A stretch of 64,000 nucleotides of DNA, from the NCBI GenBank assembly GCA_030141605.1, contig JAQGDQ010000236.1, positions 281,267 to 345,266 on the forward strand, given 5' to 3'. This stretch comes from Tubiluchus corallicola. Taxonomy: Eukaryota > Animalia > Priapulida. Every line of letters starts with the position of its first letter. Within the stretch, counting starts at the first letter, position 1. Below, in pieces: positions 40,089 through 49,398 of the stretch. The position numbers were made by a program, and so were the translations under genes. The notes below the pieces were generated by a model. That model saw only the letters and a program-made list of their open reading frames with translations, had not been told where the DNA came from and searched no databases.

Positions 40089-42460
40089 GGGGAGGGAGAG
40101 AGGGAGGAAGGGAGGTAGAGAGAGAGATGAGCAGCACTGCAAAAGTCAAGGTGAGTATTTCTAATTTTCCATTGGTAGAAGACTTTTTGATTAGTTCTCT
40201 TCTAAGCAGTATTATTCGATCTAGGTGCTCAGAAGACAACTAAGCTTCCTAAAGACATACCTCTTCTCTTGCAAACAGTCAGTGGCTGATGAACTTCGAA
40301 AGATGGTGTGGCCTCGAGAATACCTTTTTGAAAATGTGCATGTGTATTCATTGCAGGTTGGTATTACAGCTGCATAAATAATGGCATATTAAGGCTCTCA
40401 CCTACTAGTCTCGCCTTTCTTGTAAGCTAGAGGTTTTTAAATTGATATTCTTGTTACCGATGTCGCCTTTAAATTGCAGTAACTTCTGTAATTACGTTAC
40501 AACATTTGTCATTATCAAAGACTTCTTATCTTTTAGTAAAAATTATTAATGTTTTTTAAGTATCCTGAAATTTTACAAAATATTTCAACAGCTACTAAAT
40601 GTGTAAGACTAAAATAGGCATTCTCTTACATTAAAAACCATTTTATATATTTTTCTTCACCTCTCTGATATCTACATCTGCCTTTTTTAACTTTACTTGA
40701 TGAAATGGGCATCATAAATTTATGTTGTTGTATCAAGTTAGATAAAGTTAAAAAAATTAGATATGTATGTCAAACTAAATAACTAAACTAAATATTGGTA
40801 GATTGTATCAATAGAAGTAAACCACTACAAAAGTTGAGATTTAGTGTACTTCATGTACACTAATGTAGAAAGTTTTGTTCTGGAGTCATTAATTGGAGTG
40901 TTTAATTTAGAGCTTCGGTGCTTTTCAACAAGCAGTTTTAGCATCAGGGAGTCACAGCCACAAGTTAATATGTTTCCATTACAGGTCCTGATGTTGGCAG
41001 GGTCTTGCTTAAAGGCATTGTAAAAAATCTTCACTATGTAATGTTGTAGATAGGTTTAGTATGGGGTCAGTTTGACAGAAGAAGGTCTCATTTGACAATG
41101 GCAGAACCAAAATTTGCTAAGCAAGCATTAAGTAGGTGGAAAAAACTGCCAAAAGTGGCAATTTCGCAATTAATTGTATGGTATTTGCATTTTCTAGTTT
41201 GTGTTAAAGAATTTTCATTTTGGAAGGAGTATACAATTCCTCACACAATTTAAATACTTAACCCTAACCCTAACCCTAACCCTAACCCAAACCCTAACCC
41301 TAACCCAAACCCTAACACTAATCCTAACCCTAACCCTAACCCAAACCCTAACACTAATCCTAACCCACTTCACGAACTAATTTCTTGTGTGTGAGGAATT
41401 ATAAACTTGAGACTTTTTTTCATAATGATTTGATAGTGCATTGACATCCTGTTCTTATTAGCTAGCAGAATATGAGCTGATGTAATTTGTTTTGGTTGAG
41501 TGTTTAATAATTAATTTTAATTAATTTATTGCACTGTTAAACATAGTTATTACCCAGCCTAATGATTAATGACTAAAGCTAATTGAAAGACTCTATTTAA
41601 ATTATTGAATCATGCAATAATCGAGTCTGACACAAGCAAATTAAACGTAGATTTCATCAGCAATATATTTAATAGACAAACTGTACCTGTAGTGAACTGT
41701 CTTTCATTTATAACAATCTTTTTGCATTGCAGGATTTGATTCAAGTACATTCTGGGGTGCTTCAACAAACACTGACTAAGTTCAATGGCTTTTGCATAAA
41801 GCATGTGCAGAACTGCCCCCTATGTCTCCAAAAGGGTTTTATCTGTGAAGTTTGTCACAACAAAAAAGCCATCTTTCCTTTCGAAACTGCATCTACATAC
41901 AGGGTATTTTTTTATTTTTTCTAATTTCTTTGCATTTTACTTTAAATTTTGTTGAAAATTATTTTATTATCTCACAGTATCACTTTCCATTTGCCCCATT
42001 GTTTGAACTTTCATTTTCTTTCTCTTCTTTTTTCTTCCTTTTTTGTTTTTGTATCTTCTTTTGCTTGCTTTTCTCTTTTGCCTCTTTTTCCCACCTCCTA
42101 CTTGTATCCTTCTCTCTCTGCCTCTCTCTCTTTTTTCTCTCTTTCTCCAACCTATTTTTTATTTATCTGTACTTGTGTCTGTCAGTCTGTTAGATCTGTC
42201 TATTTATCTACCTGTCTATCTTCTTACCTACCTACCTACCTGTCTGTCTATCTGTCTGTTTATCTATCTACCTATCTATTTACCAATATATATATCGATC
42301 TGTCTGTCTGCCAGTCTGTTGCACCTGTCTATTTATCTACCTGTCTACCTACCTACCTACCTGTCTGTCTGTCTGCCTGCTTGTCTGTCTGTCTGTTTAT
42401 CTATCTACCTATCTATTTACCTATATGTCTGTCAGTCTGTCTGTCTGTCGATCTATCTAC

Positions 42461-42503
<43 letters not shown>

Positions 42504-42966
42504 TCTAACTATCTGTTTATCTGTCTGTCAGTTTCTGGTTACCTGCCTATTTTCTATATCTCCTCTATGTGTTTGTCTATGTGTTCATCAGTCTGTTCGT
42601 TTATCTACATACATATCTAGCCAACCCTCTATCCATACATCAACTGTTTATCTATGTACCTACTTACTTTATTTATCTTTTTGTGTTTTTTCTCACCTCA
42701 CTTAATTACGAATATAATCATGTGTTTTCTCACAGCTGCTAAATTTGATGAACTTTATTTCTTAGTATTTAGTTAGCTAGGTAAGAATTGAGTTAGCTAC
42801 TAAATTGTTTTTATAGTGTGACAAATGTCAGTCCGTGTTTCACAAGGGATGCATGAATGAAACGAAACCATGTCCAAAGTGCGAGCGACTGGCGCACCGT
42901 CGGCAACTACTGGCTTCTAAAGATTATGCTTGTTTACCAGACGATGTCCATGATGATGGTGATTGA
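18446..42966 (+). CDS. PLEKHM1: PLEKHM1/PLEKHM3-family endolysosomal adaptor (RUN domain, acidic linker with LIR, C-terminal Rubicon-homology zinc-binding domain), 19 coding exons, ~768 aa
   Basis: Exons: 18446-18470, 19638-19761, 21824-21944, 22532-22627, 23763-23842, 25122-25192, 26586-26699, 27367-27489, 28190-28303, 28430-28687, 29811-29963, 31259-31383, 33614-33724, 36241-36343, 38430-38552, 38879-38991, 40225-40356, 41733-41903, 42817-42966. Phases are consistent (2307 nt). RUN region: ANAVCSTLEATFIHGL, SFWGCVSAFTHK, INTEIGYCRVWIRMAVNDGLIDSY, FKLAYNSSILNQWTATPLSLAG (PLEKHM1-like). RH region: EKGLDFQNYQCQGCSRPIG, YYCYECH..VIPAKIVHNWD, YLFSCK..WPREYLF, CPLCLQKGFICEVC..IFPFE, CDKCQSVFHKGC..PCPKC. 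The first exon and the linker exon boundaries are less certain. Confidence 0.9.
19175..19320 (-). mobile_element. CR1-like LINE 3' fragment
   Basis: LNALGLISMRYRQVRDDMIEVHKFIH resembles the CR1 RT C-terminus (L.L.SL..RR.RGDMIEVYK). Confidence 0.55.
20215..21020 (+). mobile_element. Degenerate element with two tRNA-like heads (SINE-like)
   Basis: A/B-box-like pairs CAGAGTGGT..GGTTCAAGTCC (~20226-20278) and CCTAGTGGTTAAGG..GGTTCAAGTCC (~20889-20940). Each is followed by a similar TTTCAC.TTTC..AATTT..AATTGTGG tail. Confidence 0.5.
21041..21745. mobile_element. TTAA-flanked MITE (piggyBac-like) family B, copy 1
   Basis: TTAA-CTTCTTCAGGAC ... TCCTAAAGGAG-TTAA; co-linear homology with 32748-33481. 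Confidence 0.75.
24650..25080. repeat. Dispersed repeat, inverted relative to the copy at ~36960-37330
   Basis: CACTCTATGTTATTTCTAAGCTGAGATAATCCACATTGAA and GAGAAAATCGCTGTTAA are present as reverse complements at ~37090-37190. Confidence 0.75.
25870..26065. repeat. Degenerate ~21 bp tandem repeat
   Basis: Recurring AGGGGTTTAC/TTAT..TAGACCT/GGCCTT units. Confidence 0.5.
27950..28058. repeat. (TG/CG)-rich microsatellite
   Basis: Alternating purine-pyrimidine tract TGTGTG..GCGCGTGCGTGC. Confidence 0.85.
28984..29487. mobile_element. MITE with TA-type target and subterminal TCTCGCC repeats
   Basis: TA-CAGTCTAGCCTCGTTATCTCGCC ... GGCGAGATAACGAGACTAGACT; several internal (A/C)TCTCGCC motifs. Confidence 0.75.
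31400..32008. mobile_element. CpG-rich non-autonomous DNA element (possibly Harbinger-like)
   Basis: Ends TAAAGCCAGG / CCTAGCTTAA; many TGTCGC/GCGACA-type motifs. This accounts for the spurious overlapping ORFs at 31349-31944. Confidence 0.5.
32748..33481. mobile_element. TTAA-flanked MITE family B, copy 2
   Basis: TTAA-CTCTTTCGGAACC ... GGTCCTGAAGGAG-TTAA; same orientation as 21041-21745. Confidence 0.8.
33829..34824. mobile_element. hAT-like non-autonomous element carrying a 31 bp minisatellite
   Basis: Ends CAGAATTGG / CCCAACACTG; 8 bp TSD TCTAGAAC / TCTAGAGC; subterminal ACTAC/GTAGT motifs. Confidence 0.7.
34510..34798. repeat. 31 bp minisatellite, ~9 copies
   Basis: Head-to-tail ACTTTAGCACTATAATTTTAGTAGTG(C/G)CATT with no spacers. 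Confidence 0.92.
34981..35030. repeat. (ATTAG)n microsatellite
   Basis: AGATTAGATTAGATT run. Confidence 0.85.
35700..36093. mobile_element. hAT-like MITE with subterminal TCGAA repeats
   Basis: TIRs TAGGGGTGAG / CTCATTCCTA; 8 bp TSD ATTGCTGT / ATTGCTTT; clustered TTCGAATCGAA at both ends. Confidence 0.8.
36960..37330. repeat. Dispersed repeat, inverted copy of 24650-25080
   Basis: Reverse-complement identity blocks as listed for 24650-25080. Confidence 0.7.
39155..39538. mobile_element. TA-flanked MITE containing a fragment of MITE family A
   Basis: TA-CACTCATATCTCGGTTTGCCGGAC ... GTCTGGCAAACCGAGATATGAGGG-TA. Internal 39350-39460 is the reverse complement of the left part of the 10183/62736 family. 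Confidence 0.8.
39903..40128. repeat. Polypurine (AG)n/(ACAG)n/(ACGG)n compound microsatellite
   Basis: Seen directly in the sequence. Confidence 0.95.
41232..41403. repeat. Telomere-like (CCCTAA)n array enclosed by 16 bp inverted repeats
   Basis: About 18 CCCTAA/CCCAAA/CACTAA units at 41258-41367, between TACAATTCCTCACACA and TGTGTGAGGAATTATA. Confidence 0.85.
42100..42665. repeat. (TCTG/TCTA/CCTA)n low-complexity tetranucleotide array
   Basis: Seen directly; it is the source of the 220 aa spurious ORFs. Confidence 0.95.
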
Positions 42967-44589
42967 AACCCTGACATTCAATTAAGACTATCGATGTTAA
43001 TTAATTTTTAATAAGTTTAGTGGATTATTAACGCTAAGAAGATTCAAGCCATTAGTAGCTAGAGTAATGAGTTTCTTATGATCATCTTGCAAGATTGAAT
43101 ATTTTGTTTCAGGAAATTAATTATCTTAGTTGTGAAAAATATTTGTTTGAAGTTCATGGCTTGTCGACAGTGTTTATTCAACTGCTTATTTCATTAATGT
43201 CCATCATGACAATGTGAAATTATGACATTATGTCAATGCCAGGAAATTATCTTTTCTACTGAACTTATTTTTGGGAGCAAGCCCAGCCTCTAGCCTTTAG
43301 TTGTTTCGAAATAAAAATATATTTTAAAATTTGAATTCTATTTGATAGTGAAAGATTTAATTTTGATGTTTCCAAGGCAGCTTCACAGTATGATACGTTT
43401 TCTTGAATTATTTTAAATTAGTTGGAAAAAGTTATTGCAATTTCAGTGCTTCATGACAGTGAACTTTTATTCCAGCAGTTTATCACAGTTTCTGTGTAAA
43501 TAATCAAATTTTTGTAACTTTTAAAGTTTACATAACTTTTATATGGGACCAAGTAAGTCCGAAATAGTGGGAAAGTCAGAAATCAAATTATTGTCAATGC
43601 TTTTCTGCTGTTGATTGTACAAAGTCTATGAAAAAATCAAAATCATTAGTCAAATGGTACTCACTTTTCGTGTGTAGCTGTAAATTCAACTCTGCAACCG
43701 TGTCTACTATATCAATGAATTTAAAAATAGGCCTACCTCTATTTCACGCTTATTAAACTATGAAACATGGGGGCAATTATTTGATTCCTTAGCACTGTGA
43801 TTAGTTCTGCATTGAGGAGCAAAGATTAGATGCTTTGTTCAAAAAATCAATTGATGTTTGCATGTAAATAATGAACATCTGTCATTAGTGCTGCATTGTG
43901 TTGTGTGTATCGTATTTCAGACTGTGGTTTTGTGTTGAAATACTGATTACCACTGTTTATTGTTGAAATCTCAGTATTTTCTAAAATACCTTTTGTAGAC
44001 TGAATTTTCTACAAACTTTTGTCTATTGTACAGATAAACGAATTAATAAATTATAACCCATATACATTATTTTAATCTTTTTGTACTGGTAAAACATTTT
44101 GTTTCACTCTTGCAATGTTTTAAGCTAGTCTTATTATGCTAAATAAATGTCTCTTTTCAAAATCATAAGTCCTGCCCTTGCAGGCTTGCATTTATTGCAA
44201 ATTTTGCTAAATCGCTAAGAGTGGATGGCGACCTCTGAATGGTCAAATAAATGACCACATAACTATTGTATACTGAAAACTCGCTGATGGTAGTTTCGAA
44301 AAGATGAAATCCATTTTTTTACAATCCAGCTCGCTGTAAAAACCAGTTTTTGGCATTCAACAGCAGGGTGTACTGATCTGCATGTTTGTGGCATGACCGG
44401 AACCTAATTCGTTAACAAAACAGTGCCTCTAAGATGAGCAACTGAACTGACAGGGGTGTCACATTTCCCATTTGGTAATGAATCATCCTTCTATGAGGAA
44501 AACAGCCAATATGCAGCGAAAGTTTATGCTTGAATACAACGGTAAACTTGAAATTTACATTTCTAAACTTAAAATTTGCCGAGTTTTCG

Positions 44590-44823
44590 TTCGTAAACTG
44601 AATTTTCGTAGCACTTTTCTTCGTTTTGCAAACACGTAACGAGCTCGTTGAACGTTTGTGCTGTTGAAAATTATGTTTATGACGTCATCACTCACTGGGT
44701 CGCCGGCCATTAATTAAGTTTTCAACCTAATATTTAATTATCAGAAGCACTTTGACATTATTATAAGTGTTAGTGTTATCGTACTTCAAAGTTGGATAGG
44801 ATACAAAAATCATCCTGTCTTCC
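44590..44823. mobile_element. Partial copy of the Kolobok-like element
   Basis: TTGTGCTGTTGAAAATTATGT, CCATTAATTAAG.TTT.AACCTA and AAAATCATCCTGT.TTCCT are shared with 8550-8726. Confidence 0.65.
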
Positions 44824-45474
44824 TTCTTAACTGATAAATCTCGACATCATTCTTAACTACGGTAGCCAATAATAGCGTCGTGCCACTAACTAGGCTATGC
44901 ACTTCCTCTCAAACAAAGCCTGTTAGAAAACATGTAAAACCCCAGACAAACCCAACACCTGATAGTGCAGTTACATACATTGCGAAGGTATAGCATAAGC
45001 TACCTTAGTTCTGCAAAGTTCAAAACTTGATATTTGAAAATTATTAAAAGTTATCGGTCTAATTTTTCTGTTTTTTTTTATTCTGGCACGCTGAGGCTTT
45101 GGTGCCTGGGAAACTGATTTTTCATTGATCAACACAGCTGACTTTGGTGCACGGTAAAAATTGCACCTGAAAACTTCTTTCGCCCGATTCGCGCTTAAAT
45201 CCTCTCCATGGTTGTCCTTTATCAAGATTAAGCTGTTCAGCCTAGATGACCAAGCAAGACCATTGGCTCTCGGTCCGTCTATTAGACACTCCTGTGCATA
45301 TTTGATGAATTTATTAAAAAATGAGTGCACAGAGGAAAAATGGCAGCTTATGTGGATACATTTATTTACCAAGATAATTGAAAGCGAATATAGTGACTAT
45401 AGTACTATCTTTCAGTTATCCAGGGGTGAATTCCAAAGCAAGTTTTACAGAAATTCTTGAGGAAGTAAAGCTGA

Positions 45475-46046
45475 AAGGAAAAACCGGATGATTTTTCATA
45501 TCTTACTGCATTCTGAAGCACAGAAAAGTGTGCATTTTAAGACCCATAATAATACCGAAGCTTTTCCGGTAGTTAAATGTAGATTAAAGTTTTTATTAAC
45601 GGCAGGCGATCCCAACTGAACATAATTTTCAACAGCAAAATCGTTCCACGAGCGTATTGCAAGTGTTTGCGAAAGCGAAAATTGAAGTATAGTACTACCG
45701 TTCAACATTCAGTGTGATATACAAGTGATATTCGAGTTTAAATTCAAATTTTAAGTGTACTACTGTACTGACGCATGAGCTCTCGAACGTTGCACTACGT
45801 CATAACTGAACAGCTCTAAACTAAGAGGCATTGCACCTGCCTTTGGACAAAGCGCTTGTAAAGCCCATCTAATTAGCGAATGGCGAAATGCACGTAACTA
45901 GCGAAGAACTAGCGGGCGAACGTGTTACCATTTTGTAGTAATAATTCTTTCACCACTTCATTCTTGAAAAATAGTATGTTGCCTTTCAATATTTTACATA
46001 GTAGATTGTTTTGAACTATAATTTAAGACTGGGTCCGGTTTTCCTT
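45475..46046. mobile_element. Inverted copy of the Kolobok-like element
   Basis: Ends AGGAAAAACCGGATGATTTTTCATA and TCCGGTTTTCCT; internal TAATAATTCTTTCAC and TTTAAGACTGGGTCC are reverse complements of 8177-8290. Confidence 0.65.
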
Positions 46047-46569
46047 CAAGTGTTGTTGAAAATGTCTTAATTTTGCTGAATCCTAACTGATTGGTTAAGT
46101 TTAGCAAATTGTTGTATTGTGAAGTTCAACGCTGATATTAAGAATTGCTTACTTTTGGTATAATCCATTTAAATTCCACGTTTTTCCAACTTCATTCACT
46201 CTCCACGGGAATCTGGTCTGTTTTCCGGGATTTTCTTACGGTTTGCATGCCCCGAACTTCTCATTCTCGTGAATTGCAATGTTTTAGGGAAAGAGTAAAA
46301 GAAGCAGAACTTTTGCTCGTACACCATCATTGTTTCTAACAGATTTTTTCAGCCAGTCAAAGGTCAAAACTATTAGCTATTTTTACAAACGCAGCTGCAC
46401 TAGCGTAGCAAAACATGTATACCTTTTATTATTATTACTATCATTCCTATTATCATTATCATTATCATTATCACTATTATTAAAAATCATGTGCGCTCTG
46501 CGTGTTTTCAAGAAATTCATTTAATGGTTTCAATTCAATTTCGGTTTTAAAATGGGTTACATAGTCATA

Positions 46570-47098
46570 GTCATAGGAAGATGGGAAAAATCTGGGCAAA
46601 CAAGAAAATTGACAAGAAAATCAAGCGTCGTTTGTACAACACCATTGTGCTGCCAACGGCTCTTTATGCCAGCGAAACCTGGAAAGTCACAGCGGCGATA
46701 TCAAAGAAACTGGACGTCTTCCACCATAAATGTCTTCGGAAAATCCTAAAAATATCCTATCGCGACCATGTTATCAATGTGGAAGTCCTACAGCAGGCGC
46801 AGTCAAGGCGGTTGCAGGAAATAGTCGCAGAGAGAAGGCTGAGATTGGCTGGACATGTTCTACGCCTACCAGAACAACGCCACTCCAAAATAGCGTTACG
46901 CTGGGAACCACCTGGTGGAAAAATGAAAAGAGGTCGGCCAAAAACAACGTGGCGCAGATCTTTCAAAGAAGACCTTCAGGCTATGAACAGACGTTGGGAG
47001 AACATCGAAAGAGAAGCCGCCAATAGAACCCAGTGGAAAATGCTGTCTGCCCAATGTGCATCCGTGCACGGGAAGGACTAAGGCTAAGGTAAGGTAAG
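46570..47098 (+). mobile_element. 5'-truncated RTE-clade LINE with (TAAGG)n tail
   Basis: Uninterrupted 166 aa ORF C-terminus (KRRLYNTIVLPTALYASETW..FHHKCLRKILKI..RRLRLAGHVLRLPEQR..ALRWEPPGG..RGRPKTTWRR) followed by CTAAGGCTAAGGTAAGGTAAG. Confidence 0.92.
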
Positions 47099-47183
47099 TC
47101 CTGGTTCAACCTCTAGCCGTCTCTAGGAGCACGTAGATTATTTCCGCTGTTTAGAAAGGTATCCACCTCTTCCCAAGACATTC

Positions 47184-47305
47184 ATTTGCATTTTGTGTTG
47201 CATTGTTTTAATTTATATTATAGATCCTAGACTGGTCATTTTTGCCTACTTACAAGTGTGCGAAAAAGTGTCCTCTTTTTCAACTCAGGCAATATGGTAA
47301 CCCTA
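47184..47305 (-). mobile_element. One-ended fragment of the hAT-like MITE found intact at 58443-59137
   Basis: Reverse complement of 58443-58556 (TAGGGTTACCATATTG.CTGAGTTGAAAAAGAGGACACTTTTTCGCA..GCAAAAATGACCAGTCTAGG). Homology stops at ~47184 and there is no second TIR. Confidence 0.85.
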
Positions 47306-47380
47306 TATATATACATATATATATATAATTTCATTGCTTGACATCATACAATAGCAAGCAAAAAGCTAATGAATACATAC

Positions 47381-49343
47381 CGATCTTTTTGTGAAAACCC
47401 CAGATTGCTATTAAGCCCATGTCGTATATTATCTCCATCCAGGCCATATGCAGGAATGCCCTTCAAACATAGATACTCCTCAACGGCAAAACCTATTGTT
47501 GTTTTACCAGCTCCAGACAGACCTGAATGAACACAACGATAAGGTTAATTTAGTTACATTTCCTAGGCAAAAGTAGGTAATCACTTGTGCTTAGACAATC
47601 AAAGTAATAAAATTAATTCCTGATGCTAAACAGAATTTTCACAGCAGATCACATTATGGTTAAACTACAATAATAATTTAATAACAATAATTAATTCTTT
47701 TGTCATATTTCTAACTAAGAAAAATTTAATCTGTGCAATTCAATAATATTAATTTCTAGATTCTACATACAAAACACAGAAAATTAATTATGTACGATCA
47801 TAATATTGGAACACAAATTTAATCACATGACCAATTTGTTTTGTACAGCAGCCCTTCTCTATTTCCTTATTATTATCCTTAATACTTTCTTATCACCAGA
47901 GATGAATAATTTAGCTCAAAAACTGCTCTTAATTTAAAATACAGTACGTTTGAAAGAGCTACAAAACAAGGAGACCTCTTTAACCTTGCTAAAACAACAT
48001 AAAGTCACTTTAGGATTATCAGGCCATTTGCACTCCCAATTTACGAGATACTTGCAAAAAAAAGTGTTTTAAGATGACCTTGAATTAGTTTATACCTCAG
48101 TTAGCCACACTTGGGTAATCATGGCATAGCATAAATTTGATGATATGCCACAACTTGGTAACTCTAAACCAATATTACAAGGAGCTCATACTTTACATAC
48201 AAATTTTATAAGCTAATTCAAAAACAATATTTAGCTTTAGCTTGTTGACAGAAACTTTAGTAAGGCAATCCTCTTCTACTCATTCGGCATGACATACCAG
48301 TAAACCAGAGGGTGCATCCTCTGAAACCCCCTCTCTGTCCAAGGATCTGCCCTCTCTTTTGTCGAGAGACATGGTGGCTCTGGTATGTGACATTGGTTGC
48401 CTTTTGCTCCCCCTGTAAAAACACGAAATATAAAACTTAAAAAAATCTTTTCATTTTTTCCTCTACAAAGTTTTAATAAATCTTTTCGTTTTTCCCTCTT
48501 GAACCTCTTAACAGTGGTAAAATGGGAAAATGACAACCAGAGACACTCATTTGCCTCATTGATGTCCTGATCAAAATTATAATAAATCTTACATGAGTAT
48601 TAAGTTCATATGTTCATAAGCGCAATTGTATTTTCAGCATTATTTTCTTGTTCTTTTTACCATTGTTACAAAACCATATGCTTCCTATCCATCACTTAGA
48701 TACCACTTCTACGGTCTACTATCAATGTGACCTCAATAACATGGAAATTATGTTTGTTAAAAATGACTTGTTTTGGTTCATGGTTCAAGTAGCTACAACT
48801 AAAGTTGAGCCGCTGTAGGTGTGACCAGCACTTTGATGGGTGACCCTTTTACTTCATGTTAACAATGGTGATTTTTGTAGATCTAAACAGAACACTGCAG
48901 GAAGTGGCTGTTTTGTAACTCAGTAACAGTAAACTGTGGTAAGCCACCTCAACGCTCTGTTTTACAGCGCTCATCACACTTCACTCACATTTGCATATAC
49001 AAGCTCAAGACAGCAACTATCATCCGTCTCACAAAATGTCAAAAGCTCTTGCATTTTGTCAAATGAACCACAGCCGTTGTACAGTAGATAAAATTTAGTT
49101 TACATTTATCACGAAAAGCTTCCACCGGATGTAAGATGACCATTATTATTACGACCCATCCGGTAAATGTCCGGTAGGTCACAGTGTGCAGATACTGGAT
49201 ATTAGTATACGGTCATGATCATATATTTTTTTGATGATCTTTTACTTGTAAGAAACAATAGATCATCACGCAAAATGCATTAAAAATATCCAGTACATTA
49301 TTATTATTGTTGTTGTTGTTGTTATCATTATTATTATTTATTA

Positions 49344-49398
<55 letters not shown>

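Noticed and set aside
39897-40239. Ser/Leu-rich ORFs
   Set aside because: Translation of the (CT)n strand of the AG microsatellite.
41852-42705. Long hydrophobic ORFs (113-223 aa)
   Set aside because: Stop-poor TCTG/TCTA repeats in the last PLEKHM1-like intron.
44971-45460. 133 aa and 99 aa ORFs as the missing PAPSS exons or a new gene
   Set aside because: No similarity to APS kinase or ATP sulfurylase motifs; flanked by transposon fragments; no convincing exon structure.
47381-47522. Myosin-type P-loop (GxSGAGKT)
   Set aside because: The flanking TLWFTG and [11 protein letters not shown] identify APS kinase/PAPSS rather than myosin.
48795-48850. 5S rRNA-like segment
   Set aside because: Only a short degenerate resemblance (..CAGCACTTTGATGGGTGACC); at best an old SINE3 relic, not an rRNA gene.
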